Below, piece after piece: positions 51,301 to 58,418 of a stretch of DNA of 58,418 nucleotides; the first letter of the stretch is position 1, and each line of letters opens with the position of its first letter. The notes beneath the pieces are model-generated. The model had not been told where the DNA came from and ran no database searches. It saw nothing but the letters and a program-made list of their open reading frames with translations. The stretch comes from Intoshia linei (Eukaryota; Animalia; Orthonectida), in contig LWCA01000080.1 of assembly GCA_001642005.1 (NCBI GenBank), positions 1 through 58,418 of the forward strand, given 5' to 3'. Made by a program: the position numbers and the translations under genes.

Positions 51301-54300
51301 ATGTACTTCGAACAAACAGAATCTTAGTATTCATTATAACCACATGACAGTTTTTTAAAAATGATTATGATATTGTTATCTAATCCCTGCTAACATATAC
51401 TTATATATAGATTACTTTACTGTTATGTACTTTGTACAAACAGCAAATAGCTCTATAGAGGTAGATCCGACTTTTTAATTTATTAACAATGAATTTATAA
51501 TCTTAAAAACAATGCATTTATACTTACAAACCTAAAAAGTCGTCATGTAAACATTAAGGCCAGACAAAATAATATTCTAATTTCATATGTAAATGTATGT
51601 GTCGTAGAGTGCTGTATCGGATCGTGTTCAGGTGATATGTACGAACGAAACCAATTAATCTTGTCCTAAACACGATTAAAATTAAAACAAAAATTAATTA
51701 AATTAAGTTAAAGATTAGTTAGTTAAAACGTAAAAACACAAAATAAAAATGTTGTAAACACGATCCGAACACGAAAACGAAATGTAAAAAAAGTTTCAAC
51801 ACGATCCGACAAATTCTTGTTCGTTAGGTTAAATAAAACAATTATCTCATTATTAAGTCCATTTACAAATTTAATTAAGGTGTAATAGGGTAATACATTT
51901 TTCAAGTTTTTGATATGCAACTATGTGAAAAAATTTATTAACATTAATTAAGTAAATTAAAATTATTATTATTAATTACATTAATATTATTATTGTTACA
52001 ATTAAAATAATTATTACTAATTAATTAATTAATAATAATTAATTACAATTGTAATAATTATTAAAGATTTTTCAAAACAATTTGTTGATACAATTTTTTT
52101 AATTTATTACTAATAAATTATTAGAGATGATGTGTTTATAATCTTAAAAATAAAGTAAAAACAGAAAAATGCTAAAAATCATCATAAATAACATAAATTT
52201 CATAAAAAACCAAATTTATATACTATTGTGTATTACACAATGTAATCCTAACTTATATAATATGCTACGCGATTTTTGTTTGTGTGTCTGTCTGTATGTA
52301 TGTATGTGTGTGTTTTATTTATATATTTTATGCAATAATTTTATAGACGTTTTCAAAATACCCTTTCAAATGACCGAAATTTAAACGTCGATAAAAGCCA
52401 CAAAAATCGAGCTAGAATCAAATTTTAAAAATTTAAATGTATAGTTAAGTGTGGGTGTTGACACCATAAAATAAAAATCATGACAACTTACCACAATGTT
52501 ATTTTAAAAAAAAATGAAGTTGTAAAAATAAATTTTCAAAAGGATATTTAAAATGATGAGCGCAACTGGGATAAGTATCATTAGATATTTTTAATTGTGA
52601 CATAATGCTTCAATTCTAAAAATACACACATTGATTACTAACTGCCCATTAAATTTTAAAAATTTAAAAAAAATGTGACACCCTAATGTACATGTATGTA
52701 TGTAAGGGCATTAAATATTATTTTCTCATCGACACCATATTCAACTAACGGTTTACGTTACCTGAAAAATATCAATATCGAATCAATAATAAGAAAAACT
52801 TTGGGAAACCTGATTTATTTGTTTAATATAAAATTTAACTAATATTTTTCAATTTAGGGTATCAATGGAATAATAACTTGATATTCGGAAAAAAAGAAAT
52901 AATTGTGGGTAGTAATGATACGCAAGTCAATATGAACCAAAAAATATTTAATGTATTGAAAAATGGTTTGTTTAAAAGTGTTTTTGTTTATTTCTTTTAG
53001 ATGACGGGTTTTGTAAAATTGAAAATAATTCAAACAAAAATATTAAATTTGGAATTAATCAACTGAGACACTGCAAAATTGAAATACTAAAGAATGAATT
53101 TAATCACTGCGCAAGTCTAAGGTGAATTTAATAATATACTATTTTTTATTATGTATTGATGTAAATTAAAAATTATAATGGTGATAGTAACACCAAATTA
53201 TTAACGGTGTCAAATAAAATTTGTGTTGCAACACAAATTTCATGCAATCATCATTGCATGCAATGTAAAAGATATCATTGAGGATGATTTTGTTGAAGAT
53301 TTTATATTTTTGTATTGATATAACAATTCAATTTTTGAAAATTTTCAAAAATTATTTAATTTAAAGGGGTTTATGATTATTTTAGTAACCCAATATAAAT
53401 ATGCATTTATATTGGTGAGGGGTTTTCAATCTTTTTTAAAAGGTCTTAAAATCTTTTTAATTTTGCCTATATTAACTTGTTCATGAATGGATGAACCAGA
53501 TAATTTTTCTTATTGAATTTGAAAAAGTTTTGTCAAGCTTAAAAAATTTTTTACTAATAGAGATTTTATTTTCACGAATTACTAATAATCTTAAAATTTG
53601 CTATCCAAAACACTTTTAACCTTTAACATTGAGACATTTTGAAGCATTTTTGCGTCAAACGATTTGAATAAATAACGTCAAATCAAAAATAGGCACTAGC
53701 AATCTCTGCAAAGATTTGGACTTTAAAGTAAATATTTGAGACACAAAAAATTAAATGAAATGGAAAAATATAATATTTTTAAATAAAAAACTTTGGGAAA
53801 AAGAGATTTTTTCGGATACGATAGATTCTATTTGATATTTAGTGGTCACTTTTTAGAATTAAAATTAATTTACATTACAGTCCGACCCCGGTTTGGGGCG
53901 AACCTCGGCAGCGGGGAACCCCGCCTTTTGAGGCACTTTTTAAATATTTTATTAGTTTCATAGTATTATGTACTATTTCCTATAAATAAGTGTCAAATAA
54001 ACCTCGTTTTGGGTTACTCCCGCTTTTTGGGGCACTTTTCAAAAAAGGTGCCCAACACGGGGTTATACTGTAGTATAATTTTGTTATATTTCTTAATAGC
54101 ATCTAAAAAAATTGTCACTTTTTGGAAATGGTCAGTTAACTCTGGTCACCTATACGAATTGGTTACTTTTCGAGCGTATACTGCAGTTAACCCGTGTGGC
54201 GCGGCACACTCGTTTGTTATGACTAGTGTTAAGTTGCACCGAAAAGATATTTTAGTATATTTTATAAAATGTTTATAAATTAGTTTTAAACATTTACATT

Positions 54301-56479
54301 AAAAATTCTTTGATTAACATTATTTAATGTACTATTGAACATAAAATGTATTTATATTCAATAATATGGTCAACACGAAAAATATCAATACATTTCATCA
54401 TACATTAAAGGTTCTATACTATATTTAAGTTCACCAAATAAAAGTATTTTTTTATTAATATTACTATTTTATATTATTATCGTTTTTAATCTTTGAACAT
54501 TTTCGAATATCGGTGTGATTTTTCTTATTAAAATTTAAGGTACATCAAAAATTTTTATGTATTATGCAAGTTCACCTGAAGTAAAAAAGGTTAATAAGCA
54601 CTGATATAATGTAGATTATGTTAAATAATTGCGGGTCACACGTTATGAATGGTTGATATAAAAATATATGGATATTAAATTAGAAAAAGTATTTACGATT
54701 ACTACAATTCTGGTGCAGTTGCAAATGTCATTAGCAAAACTGGATACATTTCAAATTTTACTGGTTTTCAAAATTATACAAATACCGAATGGATATTTAT
54801 AAACAAGTATGAAATTATTTCACCACTTCAAGGTCGTCATAGGGTTTTTTATCAACCCATTAGTTATTTTAGATTATTTGATATCGAAACCTGTCTGGGT
54901 TGATAAGGTCGATATAGAATTACGAGTGAACAATTAAAAATATACATGATAAATACAGTTTTATTATCACTTTTGTTTATTTTACTGGTGCTAAATTTAA
55001 ATGGCATGAGTAAATTAAATATTATAACTATACGTTTAAAATTGAGTCTATTAGTGTTAGTTAAGGTGTTTACTAATGTATACTATACTTTTTATAAAGA
55101 ATGAATGAATTTGTACATAATAAATAAAATTTGTGGCAAGTTGATACAAAGACAAAAACTTGTGACGATCCATGTATTATAATCAAATATACTTAATCTA
55201 TAATATTCAATGTATATTATACATATGTACAATGTACTATAAATGCATAATGTATACTTGAATTTTAGATATCAAATTATTAAAAACAAGATAACTCTAA
55301 ATTTTAATAAATTAAAATGCACAAATGTACCACTATTTGTTTCATTTATAGTCTTATATCAAACAATGCCACCCGGAATTAATTCTATTGGAGATTATAT
55401 ACCTTCAATGTACAAAATTTCATCTGCATCACTTGTGTAAGAATTCTAATTAATACATTTATTTAAAAAGTTGTCGAATAGCCAGATACAATGGCGGTGA
55501 ACTGTGTTATCTTTTTCGTGAAAATATTTGAATGTCAATAAATTATTTATAAGACCACCTAAAAAATGTCGAACAACCTAAAGAATTTGTAAAATCATAT
55601 AATTGTATTCTGCGTGGCTAGGGTTCGAATCCCGAATTAGACATCTATTTATATAAGATGAACTTATCTGAGTTCATAAATTTTAGTGTCAATTAGGAGG
55701 AATTCAATCATCATTAAAGTCCTTTACTTATATAAAATGTATATAAGTTACATATAATATTAATTTATTATAATATTTACTTATATAAAATTTCTGTGTG
55801 TTACCGTTTATTTCAAAAATGAACAGTCCTAGAATTAAAAAAACCCCACTTTCTAATACAGTTTTTCGAGAGTGATTTTTTAACGCAAATTTAATTTTAG
55901 AAATTGAGTCCTTCAAGTCAAAAACTGAATTCATCCTTCATTTTTAAAAAAGTCGTAAAATTTTAGACAACATGAATTCTGGGATGGTTTACAAAATCAT
56001 AAGAATTATCAATAATTAAAATTGATACATTAAAATACATGAGTACACGTAGTCATTTATAAATAAAAATTTGGAAAGATTTTGGGAAAATACTAATATT
56101 ATTTATACATGTAATAGAATTATAGTTTTGAACAAAAATTTTCTTTGTCTATAACTAAAACATAAATGTATTTATTGGTCACTCCTATAAAAGAGTGGCT
56201 ATTGGTGATCAATATTTTAACACTATGCGTGTTATATACTTCATATGCAGTAGTTGGAAAATATAGAAATGCTAAAAAATTTCAAATGTTAGCACACGCA
56301 TAGTGTTAAATATTTTAAAAATTTTAAAATTTAAACCAAATTAGATTTTATGAAACAAGCATTTTTGCTAAATGTGATGATGTCAACTGTCATTCTGAAT
56401 CTAATATGTACAATTTATACTATGAAATCAAATTTGTAAACATTAATAAAAACATGATCAGCAAATACAATAAAACAAG
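42341..56479 (+). CDS. TCTN: Tectonic family ciliary transition-zone protein (TCTN), about 17 exons; first and last exons not resolved
   Basis: CKCDLLKNVCELKCCCDKDC tectonic motif at about 47900, SGNP|WY, GFC...IKFGINQLRHC and CTNVPLFVSFIVLY...KISSASLV. Exons chain in phase from 42341 to 56479. Confidence 0.85.
42479..42659. mobile_element. hAT MITE
   Basis: Ends caggggtgccc / gggaaacgctg. TSD taataatc/caatattc. A related copy lies at about 5340-5505. Confidence 0.7.
42690..43520 (-). mobile_element. Two near-identical Helitron 5' portions flanking an N and a MITE end
   Basis: About 42690-42950 and about 43255-43520 match each other and match the copies at 20390-20791 and 45738-46133. 5' TC end at 43520. 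Confidence 0.7.
45738..46133 (-). mobile_element. Helitron family copy (5' portion)
   Basis: 5' end A|TCcttacttatataat at 46133. Co-linear with 20390-20791. Confidence 0.75.
49043..49521. mobile_element. hAT MITE carrying a Helitron 3' end
   Basis: TIR tagagattgg / ccaatccctg. Perfect TSD attataag. caattaattg subterminal repeats. Helitron terminator at about 49231-49271. Confidence 0.85.
51064..51389. mobile_element. Second, internally deleted copy of the Helitron-end-carrying hAT MITE
   Basis: Ends caggaattgg / taatccctg. Perfect TSD ctaacata. Same Helitron fragment at about 51287-51327. Confidence 0.85.
52246..52320 (+). mobile_element. Helitron 5' end
   Basis: A|TCctaacttatataatatgctacgcgatttttgtttgtgtgtctgtctgt. 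Confidence 0.65.
53878..54070. mobile_element. Tc1/mariner-pogo-like MITE
   Basis: TA|cagtccgaccccgg...cggggttatactg|TA. Internal direct repeat cccgc(c/t)ttttg(a/g)ggcactttt. Confidence 0.75.
56221..56305. mobile_element. 85-bp piggyBac-like MITE
   Basis: TTAA|cactatgcgtgt ... acacgcatagtg|TTAA, a perfect 12-bp TIR. Confidence 0.75.
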
Positions 56480-56956
56480 GTAAATTTATTTTGAAGCTAA
56501 TGCATCAGTGTTTGCACCCTGGAGGTAAAGTGGTGTCTATGAACGAAACGAAAATATCTATCCTCTTACAGAACCATACAAAGGGATCTAACTCTATTAT
56601 AATTATAATCAAATTTTTCGCCAATTATTCCGTTTTGTAACTATCCGCACAACGCCTAAAAATCCAATAAAACCGATATAGTTGTGGTTATATTATAATA
56701 ATTATGTTATTATGAGTCGAGAATAAAAAATTGTTAATTTTTTCAGTGCAGGCGGGTTCTTTTCTAACAATTAATGTGAATATATATTTAATAATTTATT
56801 ATTCACAACCAATTTCGTAAAACCAAAATAAATGAGCTAGCAATTAATTTAAAATAACAAAATGGTCTACAAAACATGGGCAACCCATCAAAATAATTAC
56901 AATCATATTAACACGTATACCTTTGATAGTTTTTAATAAAAATAACTTTAGTATTA

Positions 56957-57235
56957 TCCTTACTTATATAATATGCTACGCGATTTTTGTTTGTTTGTGA
57001 GTCTGTGTGTGTGTTAAGCTTTATTTAAATAACTACCCGTCTTAGATTTTTTTAAAGACCACATTTCAATTACAGTTTTTTTGGGGACGTATATTAAGAT
57101 AATTTTCAACCTCCCAATGTCACATCTTACGGGTCAAAAATTCCAGTTGTCTCTTTTTTTGAAAATCAAACATGTTGGAGAATTTAAAAAAATATATACG
57201 CTGATACGGATTTTAAAATCATAAAAATTATCATC
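56957..57235 (+). mobile_element. Helitron family copy (5' portion)
   Basis: A|TCcttacttatataatatgctacgcgatttttg followed by a GT-rich microsatellite. Reverse complement of the 20540-20791 and 31290-31468 copies. Confidence 0.75.
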
Positions 57236-57604
57236 AGGTCCTATCATTATTTTATTGCAATAATATTGCAAAAAAAATTTTGAAAAATAAATTATTGCAA
57301 TAATTTTTCCAATAATCCAATGTTGAATAATTTTTATCTTAAACATAAAATAAGATATTTTATAATAATGATAATATGCGTTATTGGCTATTTACTATGT
57401 TTGTGTAATTTTTATAATTTAAGTTATATACATTATGATGTTATAAAATATTAATTTTATAATAATTAATTATTATTATTATATTGTTATTTGTTATTTT
57501 GATTTAGAGTAGGCAGATGACGAAAATTATAATTAATAGTAAAAAAATGATGTAAGATATAAAAAATGATTTAATTAAATTAAAAATATATTTACATGCA
57601 TGAA

Positions 57605-58418
57605 TTACCATAATTTACGATTATAATTTAAATATAAAATATTCTCCAATGTTTCAGGGGTCATTCCTTGTCTCCGGTCTGTGAGAAGTAGCTTGGCTTT
57701 ACTGAAAAACCGTTCAGCAATATTTGATTTTGGTGGAATGTAATCAATATTAATGTATTTCGGTACATTTTTACATTTCTTGGATTTATTTAGGGCTCGC
57801 GTTACTATATCATCATTTTCATCGCTTGTTGGATCGACTGGATTTAGGGAATTATTTACACTTAGACTCTCGTCCAGTGTCAATAATTCCATTTTTTGTA
57901 TTTTTACTAGAGCATTTTCAAAAATAAGACATTCCACAATTTTTGAATCATTCGCTAAATAACATTTTATTTCAGGGTAAATTTCAATTAAATAATCAAA
58001 AATATCTCTAACTATACACATTGTGAGTTTACTATCTTGTAATTTTAGAGTAACAGTATTCAATTCAGTTAATGATTTGAAAAATTCCAAAATTTCATCA
58101 TTTTTATTAGGATTCAATAGAAAATTTATCAAACCAGAACTGTATAATTTTTCATTTGAAATATCATTCAAAGGCTCTATTATTCTACTATATCGCTCTA
58201 TTATTTCATAACAACTACTATAGCGAGTTTCATTCATTATAATTGCTTTTAGGTGTGTGTATTTTTTCAATAAGGCACGGCATTTTATTGTGGATAATTT
58301 TTTCATAATTTTTAGTATTTTATCAATTATAACCTTTTTGTTTTGTAAAAAAAGATTCATTGCCAAATTAAATCTGTGACTGCAACAACCCAAAAAAGGT
58401 ATTAACAATTTCTTTGCA
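57605..58418 (-). mobile_element. hAT-superfamily transposase, C-terminal part (N-terminus beyond the right edge)
   Basis: GCCSHRFNLA (CxxH motif), ETRYSS (TRW-like), TLKLQ, and dimerisation motif YIPPKSNIAERFFSKAKLLLTDRRQGMTPETLE. Uninterrupted for 267 codons or more. Confidence 0.88.

Noticed and set aside
9947-51460. Dispersed hairpin repeat as a CRISPR repeat or ncRNA
   Set aside because: The context is eukaryotic, the copies are not arrayed, and a Helitron 3' terminus explains it better.
54873-55175. Exon-like segments inside tectonic
   Set aside because: One contains an in-frame stop, and the flanking exons (ending about 54806, starting about 55269) join directly in phase.
55605-55645. 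tRNA B-box-like ggttcgaatccc
   Set aside because: No A box or cloverleaf is visible; at most a SINE remnant.
2727-58211. Many short ORFs in the track (e.g. 7186-7383, 12666-12947, 17729-18022, 24500-24847, 57753-57962)
   Set aside because: They are antisense or off-frame shadows of real genes, or chance ORFs in repeats.

Overview
Very AT-rich eukaryotic (metazoan-type) genomic DNA with tiny GT-AG introns (mostly about 30-45 nt), strongly diverged proteins and dense DNA-transposon debris. This fits a compact, fast-evolving animal genome; an orthonectid such as Intoshia is my guess, by inference only. Seven recognisable multi-exon or large-exon genes: FAAH-like amidase (-, apparently runs off the left edge), exportin-5 (-), KMT2E/SETD5/UpSET-like PHD-SET protein (+), MTMR3/4-like myotubularin lacking FYVE (+), SMC1 (-), TESK-like kinase (-) ending only 94 bp upstream of SMC1, and a 14-kb tectonic gene (+) with an unusual N-terminal extension that includes a furin-like Cys repeat. 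Also present: a small orphan two-exon gene, probable spliced pseudogenes, a hAT transposase ORF at the right edge, many hAT MITEs with 8-bp TSDs, pogo-like and piggyBac-like MITEs, and a non-autonomous Helitron family (5' TC, 3' hairpin + CTAG). The most notable items are a hAT MITE that moved twice carrying a captured Helitron terminator, relaxed GTT splice donors, and end-biased intron retention. Most short ORFs in the supplied track are exon fragments or shadows. All exon joins were made by eye. I found no wholly new biological system that I can support.
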